Shown: in pieces, positions 10,047 through 20,200 of the stretch | How the letters are laid out: each line of letters opens with the position of its first letter | How positions within the stretch are numbered: position 1 is the first letter of the stretch | From: Acidobacteriota bacterium | GTDB taxonomy: Bacteria > Acidobacteriota > UBA6911 > RPQK01 > JAJDTT01 | Reading direction: 5' to 3' | Length of the DNA stretch: 64,000 nt | Assembly: GCA_965263035.1 (NCBI GenBank) | Contig: OZ253580.1 | Location: 2,784,001-2,848,000 of the forward strand | Made by a program: the position numbers and the translations under genes | The notes under the pieces: model-generated | The model's input: the letters and a program-made list of their open reading frames with translations, nothing else | Database searches by the model: none | What the model was told of the DNA's origin: nothing

Positions 10047-10706
10047 CTAGTGAACCGTTTCGGCAAGCCGGCCCTCCAATTCGGGCCGCATCTCCGTCAT
10101 TCGTTTTTCGATGGCCTCGCGAATCCTATAGCTGGCCGCCGCCATGGCGTCCAGAAGACGATCCAGATTGGTGCACTGTTCCAATTCCCGGGTGTCTCCC
10201 TGATTGAGCGTCTCCAGAATCTGTGACACCACCGCCATTAAACGAGCCAATAGAAGACCTAGCTGCGGTTCCAGGGCATCAGGGTCGACTCCACGCTGGT
10301 CCAGCCTGCGGAGCCAGCGCAAATTCCCGTCCAGGATCCAGAGAGCCTGGAAACGATACCGGCCGGCGGTTCGGTCCCGGCCCGGATCGTATTCCTTTTT
10401 GACTTGATGCCAGAGAGACAACACCAATCGTTCCAATTCCTGCAGGTTCCGGCCCGGTCTGGCCCGGCGACCCTCCAACACCCGGCGCACCACCGCGTCG
10501 GGGCTGGACCCACCGCGATAGAGTTCGTCCTTGACATAGGCTTCGACCTCAGGACCTCTCAGGGCCAAGCCCATTGACAGAAGCGCCGTATCCAGCAGGC
10601 TGTAGGAATCGGTTTGAGACGAGCCTACGCTTCGGGTTTCGGAAGTCGGAACATGATCAGTCGCCATACTTTTCGTCAACTCCGGCCTCGCCTCTCCTAC
10701 GGTCAA
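10047..10706 (-). CDS. hypothetical helical protein
   Basis: 219-aa ORF with protein-like amphipathic composition filling the gap between + strand genes; no family recognised. Confidence 0.55.
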   Translation of the reverse strand: MTVGEARPELTKSMATDHVPTSETRSVGSSQTDSYSLLDTALLSMGLALRGPEVEAYVKDELYRGGSSPDAVVRRVLEGRRARPGRNLQELERLVLSLWHQVKKEYDPGRDRTAGRYRFQALWILDGNLRWLRRLDQRGVDPDALEPQLGLLLARLMAVVSQILETLNQGDTRELEQCTNLDRLLDAMAAASYRIREAIEKRMTEMRPELEGRLAETVH

Positions 10707-10784
10707 TCATACGCCCGGACGGTGACGACTCCGGGAAGGCTCCTCTTCCCTCCCTCGTTCTCTTCACGGTAGACTTCGCGCTGG

Positions 10785-11195
10785 ATGAGCGACGAGACCG
10801 CAACCGAGACGCCGGTACTGGACAAGGATCAGTTGGAGCGGCAGAAAAGGGTGGCCGAAGCTCTGGGGGTGCCGGTCTGCAGGCGCCATATCTTTCTCTG
10901 CTGTGACCAGGCCAAGCCCAAGTGTGCTGACCGTCAACGGACCTTGGAGGCTTGGCAATACCTGAAGCGGCGTCTCAAGGAGTTGGGACTCTCGGAGCAG
11001 GGGGGCATCTGCCGCACCAAAGCCGACTGCCTCAGGATCTGCATGGACGGTCCCATGGCCGTGGTCTACCCGGAGGGCGCCTGGTACCGGCGTTGCGACC
11101 CTCCCATTTTGGAACGAATCATTCGGGAACACCTGGTCGGTGGGCGCCTGGTCCGAGAGCATCTCATCATCGAGCATGCCCTGGACCCCGGCTGA
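10785..11195 (+). CDS. thioredoxin-like [2Fe-2S] ferredoxin
   Basis: RHIFLCC...KC...[20 protein letters not shown] motif. Confidence 0.88.
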   Translation: MSDETATETPVLDKDQLERQKRVAEALGVPVCRRHIFLCCDQAKPKCADRQRTLEAWQYLKRRLKELGLSEQGGICRTKADCLRICMDGPMAVVYPEGAWYRRCDPPILERIIREHLVGGRLVREHLIIEHALDPG

Positions 11196-11220
11196 GGCGC
11201 AGAGGAACGGAGTAGAAAGC

Positions 11221-11919
11221 ATGCATCGAGAAGCAGGCCTAGCAGCCCGTGGCAAAAGTCGTCACCGCATCCGGCCGTCCCTGCATCCCGGCGGACTGCG
11301 TTGCGACTCGGTCACATACTCCCGGTATGCTCCCTCATCGCGCCTGGTCCGACGGGCGCAGGACCGGTCTCGGTGCTCGCGGGACTTTCACCACGGACTG
11401 CCACGAAGGACGCCAATGGCGGCGGGCGCTCTGCTTCTCTTTTGGGGCGGCCTGTTGGGCCAGGGGGCCGACTCGTCGACTCCTCACGCAGTAGCGCGGG
11501 ACACGTTGCGAGGACTGACCGGCGTTCACGTGGTGGTGGAGGAACTCCGGCCCGAGGCAGTGAAGGACGGTCTGTCCAAGGATGCCATTGAGGAGAGAGT
11601 GGTCCAGCGGCTCTGGGATGCCGGCATCCAGGTCTTGATGAAGGACCAGTGGACCATCGCCGCGGGTGCGCCTTACCTCTATCTGAACGTCAACGCCGTG
11701 AAGAGCAGTGACCTGTACGTCTACGCCGTGGACCTGCAACTGAATCAGACGGTGAAACTGGAGCGTCTCCCATCCGTCGCCGTGGCTGCCACCACCTGGG
11801 CCACCGGGTGTCGTGTCGGTGCGGTTTCGGCCGACTCGGTCGGGGTTCTGGCCCAAGTGGCCGCCCAGTCCGTGGATCGATTCATCGAGGACTACCGGGC
11901 CGCCAACTCGGCAAAGTGA
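11221..11919 (+). CDS. exported hypothetical protein with in-frame MITE-derived N-terminal segment (alternative start 11416)
   Basis: GGAG SD 8 nt before ATG 11221; frame stays open through the MITE into a hydrophobic signal segment; mature part LRGLTGVHVVVE...PYLYLNV. Confidence 0.65.
   Translation: MHREAGLAARGKSRHRIRPSLHPGGLRCDSVTYSRYAPSSRLVRRAQDRSRCSRDFHHGLPRRTPMAAGALLLFWGGLLGQGADSSTPHAVARDTLRGLTGVHVVVEELRPEAVKDGLSKDAIEERVVQRLWDAGIQVLMKDQWTIAAGAPYLYLNVNAVKSSDLYVYAVDLQLNQTVKLERLPSVAVAATTWATGCRVGAVSADSVGVLAQVAAQSVDRFIEDYRAANSAK
11243..11400 (+). mobile_element. family 1 palindromic element, copy 2 (158 bp)
   Basis: Same TIRs and core as copy 1; left flank CTAG. Confidence 0.85.
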
Positions 11920-11948
11920 CCCCGACGTAACGAGTCTTGCCAGACTGC

Positions 11949-13403
11949 CTACTTTTCGGCGCCGGCCTGTTTCAGCGCCCGGACAGCGGCGACATGGCCC
12001 CGTTGCGCGGCTATCATCATGGCAGTCTGTCCATTCTCGGCCCGCGCGTGCAGCTTGGCGCCGGCCGCCGCCAACGCCTCCACCGTAGCCGGATCATCCT
12101 TGCTGGCGGCGACCATGAGTGCCGTCATCCGACGTTCGGCCCGCTTGTTGACGTCGGCGCCCGCATCCAGAAGTACCTGAACCAGTTCGGCGTACTTCCC
12201 GGCCGCCGCCCACATCAGGGGCGTCTGCCCACTGTTGTCTTTCTCATTCACCTTGGCGCGGCGGGCGATCAGAGCCCTGACCAGGGACGTGCGGCCCGCC
12301 ACGCAGGCCCACATGAGAGGCGTGAGTCCATGCTTGTCCTTGAAATTGACCTCGATGTCCGGTTGGTTGAGCAGGGACAATCCAAGAGGCGTGAAGCCTT
12401 TCTCAATTGCCAGGAGCAAGGCTCGATCCTTCTTCTTGCTCCGGGCGTTGACGTCGGCGCCGGCCGCCAGCAAAGCCTGGGCCGCGACGATGAAGCCCCT
12501 GCGGGCGGACTCCAGAAGGGGGGTATTCTGGTTTCGGTCCGGCACGTTGGGGTCGGCGCCAGCCGCCAACAAGGATTGGACCGAAACCACATCCCCCATT
12601 TCCACCGCCAATAGAAGGGGAGTCCTTCCCCCTTTGTCTTCCTTCCTGAAATCGGCACCTGACTGAATCAGAGTGTGAAGAGTGGCGCCCTCTCCGCTGG
12701 CCGCCGCAATCATCAGCGGAGTCCGTCCTGCGCCGTCCAGAGCGTTGGCGTCGCTGCCGGCCATCAAGAGCACTTGCACCATGGCCGTATCCCCGCGGGA
12801 AGACGCGAGATGAAGAGCGGTCTCCTTCCGGCCGTTGCGGACCTTGACGTCGGCACCTGCTGCCAGCAGAGCTCGCACCGTAGATGCATCGCCGGTCTCG
12901 GCCGCGCCCAGCAAGGGCGTCGTCCGCCGAGGGCCACCGTCGTTCACGTCGGCGCCCGCTGCCAGCAAGGCCTGGACAGTAGATGAGGCCCCACCTTCCG
13001 CGGCCAATTGGAGTGGCCGCTGCTGCTGCCGATCTTCGACCGTCGTGGTCGCCCCCTTGGCTAGAAGCGCCTGGGTGATCGTGGCATCTCCCCGTTCCGC
13101 CGCCACCAACAGCGGGGTCCTGCCACTGCCATCAGGAAGATTCGGATCGGCGCCCCGGAGCAGCAAGGTCCAGATAGCGTTCAGGTCACCTCGGTCCACT
13201 GCTACCAGAAGCAGAGACCGGCCTTGCTCGCCGGGGGAATTGACGTCGGCGACAGCCCCGATTAGTCTCTCGAATGATTCGACGTCGCCGTTCTCGATCG
13301 CCTTGACCAAGGTCTGCCGGTCAGATTCGCGGGGGCTGGCGGCGATGGCGGAGGGGAACGAGAGGAGAGCGATCCAGAAGACCCGCGTGATCATCTTCCA
13401 CAT
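11949..13403 (-). CDS. secreted ankyrin-repeat protein (~14 repeats)
   Basis: Signal peptide followed by ~14 G.TPL..AA..G...V..LL.AGADVN units. Confidence 0.93.
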   Translation of the reverse strand: MWKMITRVFWIALLSFPSAIAASPRESDRQTLVKAIENGDVESFERLIGAVADVNSPGEQGRSLLLVAVDRGDLNAIWTLLLRGADPNLPDGSGRTPLLVAAERGDATITQALLAKGATTTVEDRQQQRPLQLAAEGGASSTVQALLAAGADVNDGGPRRTTPLLGAAETGDASTVRALLAAGADVKVRNGRKETALHLASSRGDTAMVQVLLMAGSDANALDGAGRTPLMIAAASGEGATLHTLIQSGADFRKEDKGGRTPLLLAVEMGDVVSVQSLLAAGADPNVPDRNQNTPLLESARRGFIVAAQALLAAGADVNARSKKKDRALLLAIEKGFTPLGLSLLNQPDIEVNFKDKHGLTPLMWACVAGRTSLVRALIARRAKVNEKDNSGQTPLMWAAAGKYAELVQVLLDAGADVNKRAERRMTALMVAASKDDPATVEALAAAGAKLHARAENGQTAMMIAAQRGHVAAVRALKQAGAEK

Positions 13404-13583
13404 CTTATCCCGGGATCGCGGCCGCCGGTTCCTGGGGCAGCGGCCTCGCGATCACAGGTTCAAGAATAGCATAGTGTTCGCCCGCGGCCGGGGGAGGACC
13501 GGACAACGGCCGGAACTCCGTCTCGGCCTTGGCTTGAGCCGATCGGGAATTCTTTTGCAAAACACCGTGCCGGGAGAATCGGG

Positions 13584-15141
13584 ATGAAGAGAAGAGATTT
13601 CGTCAAAACTTCCTTGAGTCTGTCCGCCGCCGGCCTGGGTATGGTTGCGGCAACGCCCGGCCAGAGGTTCGAGCCGGCCAGTCGGCCACGGCCCGGAATC
13701 CTGGAACTGGAGGGACGAAAGCAACTCTTTCTGGACGATTGGCTGATCGAGGAGGCGAACCGGATCTCCCGCTTCATGTACCGCCCCCGGAAATATCCGG
13801 GAAATCCCGTTCTGCAGCGGGATCGGCCCTGGGAAATGGGGGATATAGCAGGATATTTCCGCGGAGTTCAAATCTTTGGCCAAAACGTCTTCTATGACGA
13901 TCAGGAACGGATCTTCAAGATGTGGTATCTGCCGTGGGGTTTCCGGGATGGAAGCCGCCTCTGGTGCTATGCCGTCTCTCAAGACGGCTACACCTGGGAG
14001 AAACCTGAACTGGGCAGCTACGACTTCCAGGGATCCAAGCAGAACAACATCATGGCCAATTTTGGGGATCCCAATTATTTCAACGTCATCAAGGACCCCC
14101 ATGATCCCGATCCCCAGCGGCGCTACAAGGCCTTGGGCGAACAGGAGGGTCCCATTCCCAACCACACCGGAGGCGTCGCCGTGGCCTTTTCTCCCGACGG
14201 CCTGCACTGGAATCCCTGGCCCGGGAACCCGGTGATCCGCCACGGACCCAACCTGGGCGACGCTCCCACCATGATGGGCTGGGACCCGATTCGGAAAAAA
14301 CATGTTCTGTATCCCCGGCCCGGCCACCCATTGGCCATGGAGATCCACGGCAACGGCGTCCACCGTCATATCCGCACCATCGGCTATTCCGAGAGTGACG
14401 ATTTCATCCACTGGACTCCCACCCGCATCATGCTGGCGCCGGACCGGCACGACCGGGTCGATTATCAATACATGTGTTTTACCGCCGGTGTGACCGCAGG
14501 CATCTACGTGGGTCTTCTCTGGATGCACGAGACCCACGAGCAGGTGTGGGACATCTTCCTGATGACCAGCCGCGACGGGTTCCATTGGAGCTGGGTGGAT
14601 CGGGCCGTCCCCTTTCTGGGCCGGGGTGAGATCGGGAGCTACGACGCCGGCTACATGTCCCCTTCCGGGCCCATTTTTCACGACGGGAAGATCTGGATCT
14701 ATTACGGCGCCTACAGCGGAGCCCACAGCTACCGTCCGAACAAGCTGGGCTCCGAGAACACCATATCGGTGGCCCTGGCGACGCTACCTGAAGATCGGTG
14801 GCTGGGTCTGCTGGCCGGACCTTTCCAAGGAACGATCCTGACCCGGCCCTTCACCTTTACCGGCTCGAAACTGATGCTGGACATCGATGCGTCGCTGGCC
14901 ATGGAACCTCCCAAGAGCTATCGCAATTTCGACGAATGCGAGGTCCGGGGGGGCGCTGGTGGATCCGTCGGGCGGGAGCATCGAAGGCTTTTCCCTGGAA
15001 CAGTCCATTCCGTTGCTGGAGACCGGCCGTCAAGAGCTGCGGTGGCGCGACAGCCAAGTATCCCGGTTGGAGGGGAAGCCGGTGCGATTGCGGCTGGCCA
15101 TGCGGTCGGCGGCCCTCTACTCTCTCCAGTTCGTCTCATGA
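13584..15141 (+). pseudogene. Tat-exported beta-propeller glycoside-hydrolase-like protein, frameshifted at G7 (14947-14953)
   Basis: MKRRDFVK Tat signal; Asp-box-like repeats (SQDGYTW, SPDGLHW, SDDFIHW, SRDGFHW); family-like C-terminus (IEGFSL...GKPVRLRL...LYSLQF) lies in the +1 frame ending 15141. Confidence 0.7.
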
Positions 15142-15216
15142 CGACCGGTCGTAGTAGACTGGGCCCGAGAATCGAACCTGAGGCCGCGTCATATTCTTGA
15201 GGCGGCCCCAACAGGC

Positions 15217-16233
15217 GTGAGGTCGGGCTTGCGGACATCCAGATTCCTCATTACCGGCGGGGCCGGCTTCATCGGCTCCCATGTGGCGGACGTTCTGATC
15301 GCCCGGGGAGACCGGGTCGTCGCCGTGGACAACCTGTCCACGGGACGCCTCTCCAACATCCGGCACCTGCTGGGCCACCCGCGATTCCAGTTCGTTCAGG
15401 CCAGCATCACGGATGAGATCGTGATGGATCGTCTCGCCTCCACCTCCGACGTCATACTCCATTTCGCGGCGGCCGTGGGCGTCCGGCTCATCGTGCAGGA
15501 TCCGGTCCATACCATCGAGACCAACATCATGGGCACCGAGGCCATTCTCAAGGCCGCTCTCCGCTACCGCTGCCGGGTTCTGCTGGCGAGTACTTCCGAG
15601 GTCTACGGCAAGGGGGTGAAGATCCCGTTCAGCGAGGAAGACGATCTGCTGCTGGGGGGAACCCACAAGAGCCGTTGGGCCTACGGCGCCAGCAAGATGA
15701 TCGACGAGTTTCTGGGCTTGGCCTACCAGCGTCAATACGACCTCGACGTCGCCGTCTTCAGGCTCTTCAATACCGTCGGACCGCGGCAACGGGGACGCTA
15801 CGGCATGGTGGTGCCCCGTTTCATCAGGCAGGCTCTTGCCGGAGAGCCCATCACGGTCTACGGGGACGGCTCGCAGACCAGATGCTTCTGCGATGTCAGA
15901 GATGCCGCCGAGGCTCTCATCCTCTTGACCTCGAGTCCCGACTCAACCGGAAGCGTGTTCAATATCGGCAACGATCAGGAGGTTTCCATCAACCAGCTCG
16001 CTCGGCGGGTCAAGGTCTTGACGGAATCCTCTTCACCCATCGTCCACATTTCCTACTCCGATGCCTACGGGAAGGGCTTCGAGGACATGCAGCGCCGTGT
16101 GCCCGATCTTTCCAGAATCCAGGCTCTGGTGGGCTGGAGATCGACCCGGACTCTGGACCAGATCCTGATAGCAGTAAGAGACCATGAGCAGCCCCTTCTG
16201 GACCGCCGCAAAGTCGAACCCGCACCCTCCTGA
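15217..16233 (+). CDS. NAD-dependent nucleotide-sugar epimerase/dehydratase
   Basis: TGGAGFIG, STSEVYG, YGASK and RLFNTVGPR motifs. Confidence 0.9.
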   Translation: MRSGLRTSRFLITGGAGFIGSHVADVLIARGDRVVAVDNLSTGRLSNIRHLLGHPRFQFVQASITDEIVMDRLASTSDVILHFAAAVGVRLIVQDPVHTIETNIMGTEAILKAALRYRCRVLLASTSEVYGKGVKIPFSEEDDLLLGGTHKSRWAYGASKMIDEFLGLAYQRQYDLDVAVFRLFNTVGPRQRGRYGMVVPRFIRQALAGEPITVYGDGSQTRCFCDVRDAAEALILLTSSPDSTGSVFNIGNDQEVSINQLARRVKVLTESSSPIVHISYSDAYGKGFEDMQRRVPDLSRIQALVGWRSTRTLDQILIAVRDHEQPLLDRRKVEPAPS

Positions 16234-16252
16234 CAGCCGCTCGCGAGAACCG

Positions 16253-17350
16253 GTGCCATTGCTGGATCTGAAACAGCAGACCCGCCTGCTGGAACCACGG
16301 ATCACGGCCGCCATTCGCGAAGTCCTGAATTCGGGCGCGTTTATCCTGGGACCGGCCGTCCTGCGGTTGGAGGAAAGGATGGCGCGTTATTGCGAGCGGC
16401 GTTTCGCCGTCGCGGTGGCCTCAGGGACCGACGCCCTGCGGCTGGCCCTGTCGGCTCTCGGCATTGGCCCCGGTGACGAGGTGATCACGACCCCCTTCAG
16501 TTTCGTAGCGACGGCCAGCACCATACTCCGGTGCGGCGCGACCCCGGTGTTTACCGACATAGATCCCGAGAGTTTCAACCTGGATCCGGACCGGATTGAA
16601 TCCGCCATCACCTCCAGAACCCGGGCGATCCTTCCTGTTCACCTCTATGGGCAACCGGCGGAAATGGGTCCGATTCGGGACTTGGCGGCGGCTCGGGGCC
16701 TGAGGGTCATCGAGGACTGCGCACAGGCGGTGGGAGCCCGGTACAGCGGGGCCGCGGTTGGCTCCCTGGGCGATGCCGGTTGTCTCAGTTTCTTTCCCAC
16801 CAAGAATCTGGGGGCTTTCGGCGACAGTGGGATGATCGTCACCGACAACCCCGAGGTCGTCGAGCGACTGACCCTGCTTCGGAATCAGGGAAACCACCGC
16901 CAGCACCGAGCCGACGTTCTTGGGTTCAACAGTCGAATGGACACCCTTCAGGCGGCCATCCTCGAGGTCAAGCTGGCTTCCCTGGAAAAGTGGAATTCCC
17001 AACGGCGAGCCATCGCCCGCCGTTATGACCGATGGCTCGAAGCAGCTCCCGTCACGACTCCGCCGGAATCCCGCCGCGGCCGCCACGTCTACAACGTCTA
17101 TACGCTGCGGGCGCCTCGCCGTGACCAACTTGCCAAGCAATTGGCCAGCCGGGGAATTGGAAACGCCGTCTACTATCCGGTCCCGCTACATCTCCAGAGA
17201 GCCTTCTCCAGCCTGGGGTACACTCCAGACAGCCTGCCGGCGTCCGAGGCAGCAAGCCGCGAGGTCATCTCACTGCCCGTCTTTCCCGAGCTGACGCGAG
17301 AACAGCAGAGGCGCGTCTGCGAAGCCCTATACGAATTCTACCGGGACTGA
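16253..17350 (+). CDS. DegT/DnrJ/EryC1/StrS aminotransferase (start GTG 16253 or ATG 16184)
   Basis: SGTDAL, PVHLYG, IEDCAQ, SFFPTKNLGAFGD and NSRMDTLQAA motifs. Confidence 0.92.
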   Translation: MPLLDLKQQTRLLEPRITAAIREVLNSGAFILGPAVLRLEERMARYCERRFAVAVASGTDALRLALSALGIGPGDEVITTPFSFVATASTILRCGATPVFTDIDPESFNLDPDRIESAITSRTRAILPVHLYGQPAEMGPIRDLAAARGLRVIEDCAQAVGARYSGAAVGSLGDAGCLSFFPTKNLGAFGDSGMIVTDNPEVVERLTLLRNQGNHRQHRADVLGFNSRMDTLQAAILEVKLASLEKWNSQRRAIARRYDRWLEAAPVTTPPESRRGRHVYNVYTLRAPRRDQLAKQLASRGIGNAVYYPVPLHLQRAFSSLGYTPDSLPASEAASREVISLPVFPELTREQQRRVCEALYEFYRD

Positions 17351-17414
17351 ATTGCCTGTCCCGTGCGGGAAGTCGGCCTTGTGTTCGATCGAGCCTCTAC
17401 CGAGGCGGCCATAT

Positions 17415-17574
17415 CAGCCCGTGGCAAAAGTCGTCACGGCATTCGACCGGCCCTGCATCGTGCGCGGACTGCGTTGCGACTCGGTCACATACTCCCGGTA
17501 GGCTCCCTCCGTAGCGCCTGGTCCGGCGGATGCAGGAACGGTCTCGGTGCTCGCGGGACTTTCACCACGGACTG
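17415..17574 (+). mobile_element. family 1 palindromic element, copy 3 (160 bp)
   Basis: TIRs intact; perfect ATAT/ATAT 4-bp flanks; 12 bp from the tRNA 3' end. Confidence 0.88.
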
Positions 17575-17586
17575 ATATAGGAAGAG

Positions 17587-17672
17587 TGCCCGGAGTGGGA
17601 CTCGAACCCACACGGAGGTGAACCTCCTCAGGATTTTAAGTCCTGTGCGTCTGCCAATTACGCCATCCGGGC
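17587..17672 (-). tRNA. tRNA-Leu(TAA), CCA not encoded
   Basis: GCCCGGA/TCCGGGC acceptor stem; CAGGA-CTTAAAA-TCCTG anticodon arm; long variable arm; GGTTCGAGTCCC T-arm. Confidence 0.95.
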
Positions 17673-17835
17673 CCACTGTTCATTCCCGCGGAAACGTGGA
17701 TGCAAAAGCCTCCGAAAGTCAACTGCCACTCGATCAGTCGCCTAAGGCAAGAGGCATCGTGGCATTTGACCGGCGCTGCATCCACGATCTCCGTGCTGGT
17801 CCGAACTTCCGTCCCGGACAACTCGACTCATGTAG

Positions 17836-17844
17836 ATTCTACCA
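17836..17844 (-). promoter_or_regulatory. extended -10 (TGGTAGAAT), candidate promoter for hairpin leader plus tRNA-Leu
   Basis: TG-N-TAGAAT on the minus strand ~165 nt upstream of the tRNA. Confidence 0.45.
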
Positions 17845-17952
17845 TCCCGGTCTCGACTCCTCAGTCCCGACCTGACGGGCTGGTGCCGTCCTTCGCGTTG
17901 GCCCCGGGGAACTCTCCCTGTCCGGGCGCAATGCCGGGGCCTTAACCCAGAC

Positions 17953-17961
17953 TGCTATAAT
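17953..17961 (+). promoter_or_regulatory. extended -10 (TGCTATAAT) of gltX, probable leaderless transcript
   Basis: Perfect TGnTATAAT 8 nt before ATG; no SD. Confidence 0.7.
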
Positions 17962-17969
17962 CGGATGCC

Positions 17970-19412
17970 ATGAGTTGCGTCCGGGTCCGATTCGCCCCCA
18001 GCCCGACCGGATTCCTTCACCTCGGTGGGGCTCGGACCGCCCTCTTCAACTGGCTCCTCGCCAGAAAAGAGCAGGGAACCTTCATTTTGCGGATCGAGGA
18101 TACGGACGCCCGGCGATCCAGTCAGGAGATGGCTCGCGAAATCATGGAGAGTCTGCGCTGGCTGGGTCTGGCCTGGGATCAGGGTCCTTACTATCAATCG
18201 GAACGTCTGGATCTGTACCGTGAAACGGTCGGAAGAGCCTTCCATGGCGACCATGCCTACGCCTGCTTCTGCCCCCCGGAAGCAATTCAGGCTCATTCGC
18301 TCGAGGCCCGTTCGGCAGGCCGGATCTGGAGGGACCATGGATGCCGGAATCGTTCCTCCCACCGAGCCAAGTCGCGGATCGCGGCGGGAGAATCCCACAC
18401 CCTCCGCTTCCGGGTTCCGGGGCGCCGCCGGATCATCTTCCAGGATCAAGTCTACGGAAAGGTATCGCTCACCACCGAGAACGTCGAGGACTTCACGCTC
18501 CTCCGATCCGACGGAAGCCCCACTTACCACCTCAGCGTGGTGACCGACGATTGGGAGATGGGTATCTCCCACGTGATCCGGGGAGCGGACCATCTATCCA
18601 ATACTCCGAAACAGATCCTGCTGCATGAAGCTCTCGGCAACCAGGCGCCCGTCTATGCCCACCTGCCTCTGATTCTGGGTCCTGACAAGAAACGGCTGAG
18701 CAAGAGAACCGGGGCCGAGTCGGTACTCGAGTATCGGAACCATGGATTCCTTCCCGTGGCGCTTCGCAACTATCTGGCGCTCCTCGGATGGTCTCCGGGC
18801 GACGACCGCGAACTCTTCTCCAACGGTGAGTTGGTGAAGAGCTTTGGTCTGGATCGGGTCAACAAAGCCAATGCTGTCTTCGATCGGCGGAAGTTGGACT
18901 GGATGAACTCCCGCTATCTGGCCAGCTCGAGCAGCCACGATCTGGTCCGGCACCTGCAACCTTTCCTCGAACGCTCCGGATTCCGGCAGGGTCGGGGGAA
19001 TGACGACCAACTGCTCCCGGTCATCACCCTGCTCAAGAGCCGATTGAACCGGCTCTCGGACTTTCCCGAGATGGCGACTCCTTTCCTGGCCGACCATTTT
19101 GATTATGAATCCAAGGCAGTGAAACGCCACTTTTCCCCGGCGGACCCGGAGGAACGTTCTCGACTCCGAAAATGGCTGGAAACCCTGGCCAACGAATATG
19201 ACCAACTTGAGGAGTTCAACCTGGAAAACGTGGAGACGGTGCTCCGGGGAACGGCCAAGGAATCCGGCTTCAAGATCGGAGTCTTCTTTGGGGCCGTGCG
19301 CGTGGCTTTGACGGGACGGACCGCGGCTCCTGGAATCTTCGACGTGATCGTCACACTGGGCCGGAAAAGAGTCGTCGAGCGCCTCAACAGGTGTCTGAAA
19401 CTCCTCCCATGA
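17970..19412 (+). CDS. gltX: glutamate--tRNA ligase
   Basis: RFAPSPTGFLHLGG, LRIEDTD, RGADHLSN and RLSKR motifs. Confidence 0.96.
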   Translation: MSCVRVRFAPSPTGFLHLGGARTALFNWLLARKEQGTFILRIEDTDARRSSQEMAREIMESLRWLGLAWDQGPYYQSERLDLYRETVGRAFHGDHAYACFCPPEAIQAHSLEARSAGRIWRDHGCRNRSSHRAKSRIAAGESHTLRFRVPGRRRIIFQDQVYGKVSLTTENVEDFTLLRSDGSPTYHLSVVTDDWEMGISHVIRGADHLSNTPKQILLHEALGNQAPVYAHLPLILGPDKKRLSKRTGAESVLEYRNHGFLPVALRNYLALLGWSPGDDRELFSNGELVKSFGLDRVNKANAVFDRRKLDWMNSRYLASSSSHDLVRHLQPFLERSGFRQGRGNDDQLLPVITLLKSRLNRLSDFPEMATPFLADHFDYESKAVKRHFSPADPEERSRLRKWLETLANEYDQLEEFNLENVETVLRGTAKESGFKIGVFFGAVRVALTGRTAAPGIFDVIVTLGRKRVVERLNRCLKLLP

Positions 19413-20200
19413 GGCCCGTCGTCCTCTCTGTCATCATCCCCGCATACAACGAGGAAAATCGGCTGGGAGCCAGCCTCAGGAGGATCATCACCTGCCTGGA
19501 GGGCCGAAGCAGTCCCTTCGAACTGGTGGTCGTAGACGATGGTTCGTCCGATGGTACCGTCCGCACGGCCATTTCGGCGGTGCGGGCCCGAGGGCGGGAA
19601 GAATGTCTCCGGGTCCTGGAGAACGGGACCAACCGGGGCAAAGGCTACAGTGTGCGGCGCGGCATGCTCACCGCCCGCGGGACACACGCTCTCCTCACCG
19701 ACGCCGATCTGAGCACTCCCATCGAGGAGATCGCCAAGCTGGAGCGGGAAATGGCTCGGGGAGGACACCAGATTGCGTTTGGATCGAGAGGCTTGAAGGA
19801 CTCTCAGACCCAGAAGCGTCAGAGCATCTTCCGAGAGACGGCCGGGAAGATCTTCAACCTGGCCATGAGACTCGTGACCGGATTGCCATACCGGGACACG
19901 CAGTGCGGATTCAAGCTGTTCGAACTGGAATCATGCCGGGTCCTTTTCCGGAAACAGCGGCTGAAGAGCTATGCCTTCGACGTGGAAATCCTTTATCTTG
20001 CCCGCAAGGCCGAACTGGCGGCTCGAGAGGTCGGGGTCATCTGGCGTCACCACTCCGACAGCAAGATCCATCTCCTCAGAGACGGCGTCGGACTCTTGCA
20101 AGGTCTGATCTCCATCCGTTGGAACGATCTGCTCGGCCGCTACGATGAGGATGAACGAAACAGAAACTTACGACCGACAACCGAGGGGAACGACTCATGA
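19409..20200 (+). CDS. GT2 glycosyltransferase (polyprenol-phosphate hexosyltransferase-like)
   Basis: IIPAYNE, VDDGSSD, NRGKG, DAD and DTQCGFK motifs; ATGA overlap with gltX. Confidence 0.9.
   Translation: MRPVVLSVIIPAYNEENRLGASLRRIITCLEGRSSPFELVVVDDGSSDGTVRTAISAVRARGREECLRVLENGTNRGKGYSVRRGMLTARGTHALLTDADLSTPIEEIAKLEREMARGGHQIAFGSRGLKDSQTQKRQSIFRETAGKIFNLAMRLVTGLPYRDTQCGFKLFELESCRVLFRKQRLKSYAFDVEILYLARKAELAAREVGVIWRHHSDSKIHLLRDGVGLLQGLISIRWNDLLGRYDEDERNRNLRPTTEGNDS

Noticed and set aside
17350-17672. Genomic island integrated at tRNA-Leu
   Set aside because: No integrase and no duplicated tRNA 3' end seen; only a MITE lies beside it
15217-20200. arn-like lipid A aminoarabinose pathway (epimerase, DegT, GT2)
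   Set aside because: No formyltransferase, deformylase or ArnT, and the GT2 is in a different transcription unit
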